Assembly (NCBI GenBank): GCA_021791515.1
Contig: JAJYWK010000012.1
Span: forward strand, 1 to 61,203
Source: a bacterium
GTDB taxonomy: Bacteria > Patescibacteriota > Doudnabacteria > UBA920
DNA length: 61,203 bases
Reading direction: 5' to 3'
The position numbers and the translations under genes were made by a program. How positions within the stretch are numbered: position 1 is the first letter of the stretch; each line of letters opens with the position of its first letter. The notes beneath the pieces are model-generated. The model did no database searches and was not told the DNA's origin. It saw nothing but the letters and a program-made list of their open reading frames with translations. Of the stretch, positions 43,118-52,600 are shown in pieces.

Positions 43118-43357
43118 TGGTGCCGGTGGTCGGAGTCGAACCGACATGCCGTTAGGCGCGCGCTCTTGCCTGTCCGCCGCAGTCCCGCCGCAAGGCGGGA
43201 CGAAGGCGGAAGGCGCGTGTGCCCTGTACAAATGGTGCCGGTGGTCGGAGTCGAACCGACATGCCGTTAGGCGCGCGCTCTTGAGGCGCGTGTGTCTGCC
43301 ATTTCACCACACCGGCACCAACTGTACAGGGTAAATCTGCCATTTCACCACACCGGC
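43118..43357 (-). pseudogene. Outer tRNA-Leu(CAA) gene split by a 114-nt insert (containing the inner tRNA-Leu) and a 42-nt hairpin
   Basis: Segments 43357-43336, 43221-43211 and 43168-43118 concatenate to exactly the 84-nt sequence of the inner tRNA. Confidence 0.85.
43233..43316 (-). tRNA. tRNA-Leu (anticodon CAA), class II, CCA encoded
   Basis: Hand-folded: GCCGGTG/CACCGGC acceptor, GTG/CAC D stem, CGCGC-CUCAAGA-GCGCG anticodon arm, 13-nt variable arm, GTCGG-TTCGACT-CCGAC T arm, A73, CCA. Confidence 0.92.
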
Positions 43358-43388
43358 ATCAGCTGAAAATATTAACCTAAATGTAATT

Positions 43389-43919
43389 TTACCAAAAGCC
43401 AGCACTCACGTAAAGAGTCAGAATGCCAGCCAAAATCCCCACCAGCCAGCCGGCAAAAATGTCGTCAACATGATGATAACCCAAAACCACCCGCGCCATA
43501 CCGTTAATTATTGTAAATAATATCAAAGCGATCCCAAACGGCGGGAAAAAGTAGCAAAGAACCAAAGTAATAGACGCCCAGCTTACGCCGTGATCGGAAG
43601 GAAAAGAGTTTAATTTGATGGTAGGCTCGGAAAGCAACCAAGAATGCACCGGAATAAAATTTAAAACCTGATACGGCCGGGCTTTTTTATAAAATAAATA
43701 AATTAAAGGCGACAAAATTAACCTGGCCAAAACAAAAGCCAAAAAAGCCAGAAAAACTTTTTTCCATTCGCCGATAAAAAGTAAATATCCGCCCACGATA
43801 AACGACAACAAAACCGAATAAATTCCCCAAAACGCCCAAAACCGCCGGAAAGCCGGACTTTCCTTAATTCGCTTTTGCCAGTTTAAATATTGTAGGTCGG
43901 AAATCATAAAGATTGTCAT
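43389..43919 (-). CDS. PAP2-family phosphatase
   Basis: KKARPY, FPSDHG, ARVVLGYHHVDD motifs. Confidence 0.75.
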   Translation of the reverse strand: MTIFMISDLQYLNWQKRIKESPAFRRFWAFWGIYSVLLSFIVGGYLLFIGEWKKVFLAFLAFVLARLILSPLIYLFYKKARPYQVLNFIPVHSWLLSEPTIKLNSFPSDHGVSWASITLVLCYFFPPFGIALILFTIINGMARVVLGYHHVDDIFAGWLVGILAGILTLYVSAGFW

Positions 43920-44013
43920 TCCGGAAAATTTATACTGCTGTTAAATTTGTCCGGAATCTATTTTCTAAAGAATGGATCCCGGACATCCCGCCAGGGCGGG
44001 ATTCCGGGATGAC
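43915..44013. repeat. GTCATYCC-type MITE-like element
   Basis: GTCATTCCGGAA ... TTCCGGGATGAC termini with an internal CATCCCGCCAGGGCGGGAT hairpin. The left end supplies the PAP2 ATG. Confidence 0.85.
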
Positions 44014-44027
44014 AGACCAAGGATAGA

Positions 44028-44837
44028 TTAACTCCTTAAATATAAAACAACCAAAATCAGCGCCGCCAAAGCCAACCTATACCAAACAAAAATTTTATAA
44101 TCGTGCTTGGCTAAGTACTGCAGTAAAAATTTAATGGATAAAAACCCCACGATCGCGGAAGTAATAAACCCAACCGCTAATTCAACCAATGTTACGCCTT
44201 TGCCAAAATTTTCAAACGCCACCAGCCCGGCGCCAAAAATTATTGGCGCGGACATTAAAAAACTAAACCTGGCCGCGTCTTCTCGCTTAAAGCCCAAAGC
44301 CAAACCGGTGGCCATGGTTGCGCCGCTGCGCGACACCCCGGGAATAATTGCCACTGCTTGTCCTAAGCCAATCAGCAAAGCGTCTAATTTAGTTATTCGA
44401 TCTAAATTTTTTGCTTTTTTGCCCAAATAATCAACCAGCCAAAACACCAAGCCAAAGCTGGCAAGCGTAATTGCGATTAACAGAGGGCTTCTTAAACTGC
44501 TTTCCGCTTTGCTTTCTAATAAATAGCCGATTACAGCGCCCGGAATGCTGGCAATAATAATTAGCCAGGAAAGTTTTTGATAAATATTATTTTGCAAATC
44601 CCTGGACGCAGGCGAAAGGGAATGGAAAAAACCGCGAATGATGAGCAAAATATCCTGCCAAAAATAAAACAACAGCGCCGCCAGCGTGCCCATATGAAGC
44701 GCCAAATCAAACCCCAAGCCCGGATCGTTCCACTTAAACAACCAAGGCGTAATAACAAGATGGGCCGTTGAGGAAATTGGCAAAAATTCCCCCAGACCCT
44801 GAACTATGCCTAAAACTAAAGCGTGGAGTATACTCAT
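44028..44837 (-). CDS. uppP: Undecaprenyl-diphosphate phosphatase
   Basis: GLGEFLPISSTAHL, PGVSRSGAT. Confidence 0.92.
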   Translation of the reverse strand: MSILHALVLGIVQGLGEFLPISSTAHLVITPWLFKWNDPGLGFDLALHMGTLAALLFYFWQDILLIIRGFFHSLSPASRDLQNNIYQKLSWLIIIASIPGAVIGYLLESKAESSLRSPLLIAITLASFGLVFWLVDYLGKKAKNLDRITKLDALLIGLGQAVAIIPGVSRSGATMATGLALGFKREDAARFSFLMSAPIIFGAGLVAFENFGKGVTLVELAVGFITSAIVGFLSIKFLLQYLAKHDYKIFVWYRLALAALILVVLYLRS

Positions 44838-45433
44838 TATTTTAAATAAAACTCTTTAATAATTTTAAACACCTGATGCTCTTTAGTAACTTGGGTAATG
44901 ACCAATCTTTGAGCGGCAAATCTTTTCCACCGATACTTATCGACGAGCTTTATAGCCTCAGGCGAATCGGCCGGATTTTTTACGTGACCCAAAGTAATAT
45001 GCGGATGAAAATATTTTAGCACATTACCCACGCCATAAAGCTTAAAATACTTTTTTTGCAAATTATTTTTGGGTTTTTTGGGAAGCAAAATTATTCCTGT
45101 CCGATATGGGCTGATGGATTTTACAATTTTTTGATGAAGATTGAACAATTGTTTGGGCTTTGTAGTGGCAATACAAAAATACATTTTTCCGCTATAAGCT
45201 GAAGTAAATTCCAAGGGAATTTTTCGATGTTTGGCCGCCAACCGAGCAACTAATTTAACAATCGCCGGAAGCTTTGCGGACGATGATTTTAAGTGCAAAA
45301 GCGAAATATGCGGAAACAATTTTTTGCTGTCAACCGCAAGACTTAAAGGAACTTTTTTGCCAACTTTCAAAACTCTGCGGCCAATAGTAGCGGATAAATT
45401 TTTTGGCGGTAAGATGACGACATCTAAATCCAT
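44837..45433 (-). CDS. 2'-5' RNA ligase / 2H-phosphoesterase family protein
   Basis: Two HxT/S-type motifs: HISLLH and HITLGH. Confidence 0.65.
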   Translation of the reverse strand: MDLDVVILPPKNLSATIGRRVLKVGKKVPLSLAVDSKKLFPHISLLHLKSSSAKLPAIVKLVARLAAKHRKIPLEFTSAYSGKMYFCIATTKPKQLFNLHQKIVKSISPYRTGIILLPKKPKNNLQKKYFKLYGVGNVLKYFHPHITLGHVKNPADSPEAIKLVDKYRWKRFAAQRLVITQVTKEHQVFKIIKEFYLK

Positions 45434-45434
45434 A

Positions 45435-46685
45435 TTATTCTATCCCCGGCACCGGGAATTTTAAGGCAAAGGCTTTTACCTTATCTTTTACAGATGCCAA
45501 TTTGGTTTCATCCGCGCGATTCATTAAAGCTTCGTCCATTAAATCCGCCACGGTTTGCATATCCGCTTCCTTACAGCCGCGGGTGGTGAGAGCCGGCGTG
45601 CCCAAGCGAATGCCGGAAGGGTCAAGGGGCTTTCTTGGGTCGAAGGGAATCATATTTTTGTTAATGGAAATCCCCACTTGCTCCAAGCATTTTTCCGCCT
45701 CCTTGCCGGTAATTTGTTTACTGCCGAATAAATCTACAAGCATTAAATGATTGTCCGTACCGCCGGAGATTATTCGGTAGCCTTTTTCCTGCAAAGCGGA
45801 TGCTAATTTCTGGGCATTCTTAATAACCTGTTTGGAATATTCTTGAAATGAGGGCTTTAACGCTTCGCCATAAGCCACGGCTTTGGCCGCGTTAATATGG
45901 TCATGCGGCCCGCCCTGAACCCCGGGGAAAACCGATTTATCTATGACAGACGCGAACTTTTCCTTGCACATAATCATGGCCCCCCGCGGGCCTCTTAAGG
46001 TTTTGTGAGTGGTGGTTGATACCACGTCAAAATACGGCACCGGGTTTTCCAACTGCTTGCCGGCAATTAAGCCGGCCGCATGCGCAATATCCGCGAAAGT
46101 AAATGCGCCGACTTTGTCCGCAATTTCCTTAAAACGTTTCCAATCCATATTTCGGCTGTACGCGCTAAATCCGGCCAAAATCATTTTTGGTTTTTCACGA
46201 AGCGCAATTTCTTCCACTTCATCCATATCTATTATTTCTGTTTCCTTTTTGGCAAAATACGGAATTATAGTGTAAAGCTTGCCGCTAAAATTTAAAGGGT
46301 GTCCGTGGGACAAATGCCCGCCCTGGTCAAGCGAAAAACCCAAAACCTTATCGCCGGGATTCAACAAAGCCATATACACGGCCAAGTTCGCCGGGCTTCC
46401 GGAAAGCGGCTGAACGTTTACGTGTTCAGCTTCAAACAGCTGTTTAGCGCGCTCAACAGCCAAACTTTCGGCCTGATCAATAATTTCATTGCCGCCATAA
46501 TACCTCTTTCCCGGATAACCTTCGGAGTATTTGTTTGTCAAAACCGAACCCATGGCTTCCAACACCGCGCGGGAAACATAATTTTCGCTGGCAATAAGTT
46601 CTATGCCCTCTTTTTGCCTCTGCTCTTCGCGTTTAATAATTTCATAAACCGCTAAATCTTCTGCTTGAATATTTGGATAATTCAT
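45435..46685 (-). CDS. glyA: Serine hydroxymethyltransferase
   Basis: LIASENY, TTTHKTLRGPRG. Confidence 0.95.
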   Translation of the reverse strand: MNYPNIQAEDLAVYEIIKREEQRQKEGIELIASENYVSRAVLEAMGSVLTNKYSEGYPGKRYYGGNEIIDQAESLAVERAKQLFEAEHVNVQPLSGSPANLAVYMALLNPGDKVLGFSLDQGGHLSHGHPLNFSGKLYTIIPYFAKKETEIIDMDEVEEIALREKPKMILAGFSAYSRNMDWKRFKEIADKVGAFTFADIAHAAGLIAGKQLENPVPYFDVVSTTTHKTLRGPRGAMIMCKEKFASVIDKSVFPGVQGGPHDHINAAKAVAYGEALKPSFQEYSKQVIKNAQKLASALQEKGYRIISGGTDNHLMLVDLFGSKQITGKEAEKCLEQVGISINKNMIPFDPRKPLDPSGIRLGTPALTTRGCKEADMQTVADLMDEALMNRADETKLASVKDKVKAFALKFPVPGIE

Positions 46686-46735
46686 AAAAATAGCTTTTAG
46701 GTTTTAGTTATTAGCTTTTAGTAAGAAACCTGGTT

Positions 46736-46820
46736 GTCATTCCTGCGAAAGCAGGAATCTTTTTAAATTTTCAAAAATCCTTCACTCAACCCATCTACCG
46801 GCAGGCAGGTTCAGTATGAC
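46736..46820. repeat. GTCATYCC-type MITE-like element
   Basis: GTCATTCCTGCGAAAGCAGGAAT ... CCGGCAGGCAGGTTCAGTATGAC. Confidence 0.75.
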
Positions 46821-46871
46821 ATTAAAGATTAAAATAATGGAATTTGATTTGAAAATAATATTTATTCATGG

Positions 46872-47270
46872 TTATAATCCGCAAAATTTTCTTAATTCCT
46901 CAAATTTTTGCAACAAAATTTTATAGTACGACTCCTGGGAAAAATCTGGCTTAAGAACACCATCTCCCGTCTTAACCATATTAATAGTTCTCCCATAAGT
47001 ATTACCACCTGACAAAGATCTTGCTTTATTGATAGCTTGTGTGATTAAATCATCCAACCCAACTCTGGCAAAATCTATATCAAATTGCTCCTGAACTTCT
47101 AAAGGAAAATGCTTAAATAAAAACAAAAAGTCTCTTTCAGTTCTCTCAATAAACAATAACTCTTCGCCTTGCTGTCCAATTTGGTAATTGACTAAAGTTT
47201 GCAACTTTTCTGGCGACAAAGCTTCATTCGGATTATATTTTTCCATGTTACTTTCATCCATTGATTTCAA
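46872..47270 (-). CDS. Hypothetical protein (132 aa)
   Basis: ORF only. Confidence 0.5.
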   Translation of the reverse strand: MKSMDESNMEKYNPNEALSPEKLQTLVNYQIGQQGEELLFIERTERDFLFLFKHFPLEVQEQFDIDFARVGLDDLITQAINKARSLSGGNTYGRTINMVKTGDGVLKPDFSQESYYKILLQKFEELRKFCGL

Positions 47271-47329
47271 AACTTAATTTCAAAATTTGCTCTGTTATCA
47301 TCTTCTAAAAGCTATAACCTACAATCTAG

Positions 47330-48478
47330 TTATATATACATATAAAACAGGCTAAAAACAGCGGCTAATATGAATAATACCATAAAGCTGCCGGTGAGGC
47401 TAAAAAGCAGGGCTCCCAAAAGCGCTGCCAGCAATTTGCCAACAGCCAGGCTTTGTTCAAAAAACACGGCATACGGCACAATGTGCGTGGCTTCCGCCCG
47501 CAAATAGGTTAGAGTGGAAAGCGGGATAAAAAAAGTTTCCCTGGCGACTTTGGAAAGCGAATCCGCGGAAAAAGTAGTAATAAAATTTGTGGCAAAAATT
47601 CTGGCCAGCCAAAAAACCGCGGAAAAAAACGCGCCGATTTTTATTAACACTCTTTTAGTGTAAGTGTCGGTAATTTTTCCTAAAAATAGGGCGATTATCG
47701 CGGCCACAAAACTGGCCGTCGCGGCCAGCAGACCAGTGTCTTTGTAATCTTTCACAATAATAAAAATAAAAATCGGCCAAGCGGTTAAAAACAGCAGTTC
47801 TTCGCCAAAACCCGCGTAGCCTAAAAATTTTTTGGGGAAATCTTTGTAAAGCTGCCAAGTGTCTCTGTATTTATAGACTTTCGGCACAAAAATTTCCGGA
47901 GCCAACAGAACCGGCACGGCGCTAATACAATAAATTATAGCCGCGGCCAAAAATGCCGCCGGCATTCCAAAATATTGGGACAGAATACCGCCGAGTAGCG
48001 GCCCGCCGATTTGCGCCAAGCTGATAATCGCGTAAGCCGCTCCAAATTCGCGCCCCACCTGTTCGGTTTGCGCGTAGCGGGCAATTACCGAATGAAATCC
48101 GGGCCAATAAAAAGATTTTTGCAAAGCAAACACCGGCGCGGCCAAAAATGCCGCGTTGCCGTGGCCAATAGAAGCTAAAAGCGCCAGCCAATAAAAAATT
48201 TGAAACGGCACGGAAATCGCAATGCAGTGCCTATAGCCGTAAATGCTGGCAAACTTCCCGCCCAAAGGGATTAAGACAATATAAAAACCGTACACCAGCG
48301 CCATAAACAGCAAAACTTTGGGCACGGAAAAATGCAAAACATTATACAAAAAAATCGGCTCAAAAATCGTAATAACCGCGAGAGCGAAATTGGAAATGGC
48401 CGAAGAAGCGTAAAGCTCCCCCATTTCCTTGCGGACGTCTTTGTGAAAATAATGCGGAAGGTGAAAATTTAGAAGCAC
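47330..48478 (-). CDS. MFS-type transporter
   Basis: ~12 TM segments, 382 aa. Confidence 0.6.
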   Translation of the reverse strand: MLLNFHLPHYFHKDVRKEMGELYASSAISNFALAVITIFEPIFLYNVLHFSVPKVLLFMALVYGFYIVLIPLGGKFASIYGYRHCIAISVPFQIFYWLALLASIGHGNAAFLAAPVFALQKSFYWPGFHSVIARYAQTEQVGREFGAAYAIISLAQIGGPLLGGILSQYFGMPAAFLAAAIIYCISAVPVLLAPEIFVPKVYKYRDTWQLYKDFPKKFLGYAGFGEELLFLTAWPIFIFIIVKDYKDTGLLAATASFVAAIIALFLGKITDTYTKRVLIKIGAFFSAVFWLARIFATNFITTFSADSLSKVARETFFIPLSTLTYLRAEATHIVPYAVFFEQSLAVGKLLAALLGALLFSLTGSFMVLFILAAVFSLFYMYI

Positions 48479-48486
48479 GGAAAAAT

Positions 48487-49161
48487 TTAAGATTTAAGAT
48501 TTAGAATATAAGATATTCGAGCTGTAGACACCGGCCCGGATCGCAGAACTTCTACTTGATTACCATCAATTTTCACCACCGTGGACGGTTTGCGCTTGGA
48601 CAATTTCCCAACGTTGATAATAATGTCGGGCTTTAGTTTTTGATTTTGAAACTGCGCAATAATATCTTTTGCTGAATAACAATCCGGCCGGCCGGCCAGG
48701 TTTGCAGATGTCGCTGTAATTGGCTTTTTTAGATATTTTGCCAGATCAAGGGCGATTTTATTCTTCGGCATTCTTAAACCAATCCAGCCTGTTTTTCCTG
48801 TTAAAATCTTTGCCCCCTCTCCCTTAATCCCTCTCCATCGAGGGAGAGGGGCAGGGGTGAGGGGGAGTACAAAAGTGATCATCCCCGGCCAAAATCTTTT
48901 TGCCAACCTGTCCGCCGCATTATTCCATCGTACTATTTTTTTTGCGTGCGCCGCCGAAGGCACTACCACCGAACTTGGCTTATTAAACCCCCGTCCTTTT
49001 ACTTTGTATAACCTTTTAATCGATTTAATATTCGTCGCGTCCGCCGCCAACCCATAGCTGGTATCTGTCGGATAGGCCACAACCTTACCTTGTTTTAATG
49101 CCACCAAACAAGCATGGATAATTTTTTTGTGATGTTGCTTTTTGTAATCGATAATAATCAT
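48487..49161 (-). CDS. tsaC: L-threonylcarbamoyladenylate synthase (YrdC/TsaC family)
   Basis: VVAYPTDTSYGLAADA, TSANLAGRP. Confidence 0.85.
   Translation of the reverse strand: MIIIDYKKQHHKKIIHACLVALKQGKVVAYPTDTSYGLAADATNIKSIKRLYKVKGRGFNKPSSVVVPSAAHAKKIVRWNNAADRLAKRFWPGMITFVLPLTPAPLPRWRGIKGEGAKILTGKTGWIGLRMPKNKIALDLAKYLKKPITATSANLAGRPDCYSAKDIIAQFQNQKLKPDIIINVGKLSKRKPSTVVKIDGNQVEVLRSGPVSTARISYILNLKS
48812..48867. repeat. Palindromic module inserted in-frame in tsaC
   Basis: GCCCCCTCTCCCTTAATCCCTCTCCATCGAGGGAGAGGGGCAGGGGTGAGGGGGAG; encodes LTPAPLPRWRGIKGEGA. Confidence 0.85.
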
Positions 49162-49211
49162 AATTATCCGGAACTACGGGATGATCGCGAATCTACGGAA
49201 AACTGCGGAAC

Positions 49212-49580
49212 TTAGTTAATTCTTAGAATTCTATGCGGCTTAACGTACAATTCTCTAAAATTATAAATTACCCCTAATTCCCAATTTAGTGCCTGCAAAT
49301 ACCTTTGCACCTGATAATAATCTTCTTTGGTTATAAAAGGCTTGGCCTTCATTTCTAAAGCGATTTTATCAGCTACAACAAAATCCAAACGATTACCCGT
49401 ACCACCAATGGTTTGTTCTCTAACAGCTAAAATTCCCTTTTCTTTTAGCTTAGCCCAATATAAATCGCAATATTGCTTTTCTCTGCCATACCTACCAATC
49501 TCTTTTCTAACTTCTATAGCAATACCATTAAGCCTAAAAGTTAAGTCTTCATATAGCAATTTTGTATTTTTGGTTTCCAT
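49212..49580 (-). CDS. GxxExxY-family protein
   Basis: LLYEDLTFRLNGIAIEVRKEIG ... RLDFVVADKIALEMKA pattern. Confidence 0.75.
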   Translation of the reverse strand: METKNTKLLYEDLTFRLNGIAIEVRKEIGRYGREKQYCDLYWAKLKEKGILAVREQTIGGTGNRLDFVVADKIALEMKAKPFITKEDYYQVQRYLQALNWELGVIYNFRELYVKPHRILRIN

Positions 49581-49619
49581 TTCCGTAGTTTTCCGCAGTT
49601 CCGGATTACTCTTTCCGGA

Positions 49620-52600
49620 TTATATTACAAGATTTATCAATCTGTCCTTCACAAAAATCACTCGCTTAACGCTTTCCCCCACCAAAGCTTGTTTTACCGC
49701 CGGCAACTGCATAACCAGTTCTTTTACCGCCGTTTCCTCGCTTCCGCTTGGCGCTGTAATTTTACCTTTTACCCGGCCGTTAATCTGTAAAACAATTTCC
49801 ACTGTCTTATCAATTATCATAACCGGATCAAACGAAGGCCAACTCGCTGTTTGCAAAGTTGTCTGACTCTTTGACTTTCCGATTCTCTGATATAATTCCT
49901 CCGAAATATGCGGCGCAAACGGATACAGTAAAACTAAAAACTTTTTTACCGACTCTAGGGTAATAAATTCATCTTTCACTTCGTTATGGAATTCCATAAA
50001 CGCGGAAATGCAGGTATTAAACCTAAACGCCTCTATGTCTTCGGTAATTTTCTTGATCAAACGATTCAAACTTCTTTCGACTTTCTCTGTATCTTTTACT
50101 TCCGACTCACCGACTTCCGACCTTCCGACCTTCCGACCCGCCGATTTCTGATGCGGCGCCTCTGCAATTTCGTTCACCCAGCCCCAAACCCTGTCTAAAA
50201 ATCTGCGCACTCCCACCACGCCCTTATTATTCCACGAAACCATGGCCTCATGCGGACCTAAAAACAATTCATACATCCTTAAAGTATCCGAGCCATAAGT
50301 TTTTACAATATCGTCCGGATTTACCACATTACCCCGGCTCTTGGACATTTTTTCGCCATCTGGCCCCAAAACAATTCCGTGCGGATGGCGTTTGGCATAA
50401 GGTTCGCTCTGGGATACCAAACCTTGGTCATACAAAAACAAATTCCAAAAACGCGAGTATAGCAAATGCAAAGTGGTGTGTTCCATACCGCCAAAATAAA
50501 CATCAACCGGCGTCCAATACTTCTGTTTTTTCAACGACGCAAATTCTTTGGCGTTTTTGGAATCCGCGTATCTTAACCAATACCAGGAACTTCCCGCCCA
50601 TTGCGGCATGGTGTTGGTTTCGCGCCAGGCCAATTTTTTGCATTTTGGACATTTAGTTTTTACCCATTTTTCAATATCTGCCAAAGGCGACTCGCCGGTG
50701 CCGGTGGGTTCGTATTTTTTTACGTTAGGTAATTTAACAGGCAAATCTTTTTCCGGCACCGGCACAGTACCGCAATCTTCACAGTGAATAAGGGGGATTG
50801 GCTCGCCCCAATAGCGCTGGCGGGAAAATACCCAGTCACGGAGCTTGTAATTTATAACTCTTTTTCCATAACCCTTTTCTACCATATAATCCATAATCTT
50901 TTCCGTCGCCGCGTGAATATCCATTCCATTCAAAAAATCGGAATTAACCATAATGCCTTCGTCTTCCTGAACTTGATCTAGCGATGTTATGTCGCCTGCA
51001 TCATTGGCGTTTTTTTGCACCACTCTTTTAACTTCCAATTTGAAAACCTGGGCAAATTCAAAATCGCGCTTGTCGTGCCCGGGCACGCCAACTACCGCCC
51101 CTGTCCCCACGTTGCCTAAAACGTAATCCGCCACATAAAGCGGCATTTTAAAATTATTTAAAGTATTTATACAATACAAACCCGTAAAGACCCCTGTCTT
51201 TTTTCTATTTTCAGCCGTTCTATCCATATCGGCTGCCTCCACTGCCTGCTTTTGATACTGTTCAATTTCCTTCCAAATTTTTTCTTCAATGCCTAAAATA
51301 TTCCTGTCTTTTAAAAGCGGATGTTCCGGCCCCAGCACTACAAAAGTCGCTCCAAAGTTGGTGTCAGGACGGGTGGTAAAGCAAGTAATTTGTGGTAACA
51401 AAATATTTAAAATTAAAGGTTCTTCCTCATTGGTAAAATGCGGCTTCAAGCCATTCTGCTCAATAAGGGCGCCATTTAATTTTTGACTTAAAATTTTTCC
51501 CTGTTCAATAGGAATAGCAAAGTCAGTTGGATCACTAAGCACGGTGATTGATTTGGCTTTATTTTTTATAGTTTCAAAATCAAACTTCCAATTAAACTTG
51601 GCGTGATAATTTCTGGGTCGATCTTTAAATCGTGGCTCAGTAAAACCACCGGCTAAAACTAATCCTGCTATTTTAATAGGTAGTTTTTCCAAAACTTTCA
51701 TTGCCACCACTGCGCCCAAACTGTGTCCAAAAAGAATAGTGTTTTCATCAAACTGACAATTTTGCAATACAAAACTAACCTGTTCTTCCTCCGTAGGCTC
51801 GCTTGCGTTAGGCAGCTGCGGAGCTTGATATTTAACACCTTGCTTATTTAGTTCCTTTTTAAGCGAAGGAAAGAATATTCCATCCGGGGTGCCCTTAAAC
51901 CCATGCAATAATACATAATTATTTTTTAAGTCAAAATTATAGGTGATATTTATCCCTGTCTTTTTTCCAATCCAATTCTCCTGCTGGAGTTTTACCGCCT
52001 CCGGCCACTCGGGCAGATTTTTTAAACCTTCCAATAATTTTTCCGCGTACGCGGTAATTTTTAAATACCACTGCCTAAGTTCTTTCTTTTCAACAGTTGT
52101 TCCGCAGCGTTCGCACTTGCCGTCTATAACTTCTTCGTTGGCAAGACCGGTTTTGTCCTTGGGGCACCAATTAATTACGCCTGTAGACTCGTAAGCCAAA
52201 CCCTTTTTAAAAAATTGCAAAAACAGCCATTGCGTCCATTTGTAGTAGCTTGGATCGGTCGTGTTTACCTCTCTGCTAAAATCAAAACTCAACCCCCAAC
52301 TAAGCATCTGTTTTTTGGCGTTTTTAATGTTGGTTTCCGTGGTTTTGGATGGATGCACACCCATTTTTATGGCATAGTTTTCCGCTGGCAAACCAAAAGC
52401 ATCCCAGCCAATTGGAAAAAGCGTTTCAAAACCTTTCATCCGGTGATAACGGCTATAAACATCACCGGCGACATAAGGCCTTAAATGTCCCATGTGCAAA
52501 CCCGCGCCGGAAGGATACGGAAATTCCACCAGCACGTATTTTTTTAGCTTTCTGGAAAAATCTTTGGCAAAAAAAGTTTTTTTTGTCAGCCAAAATTTTT

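Noticed and set aside
43169-43210. The 42-nt insert in the tRNA-Leu anticodon loop, considered as a group I intron
   Set aside because: It is far too short (known tRNA-Leu group I introns are >200 nt) and is located at 33/34. It is a simple extended hairpin of the local palindrome family.
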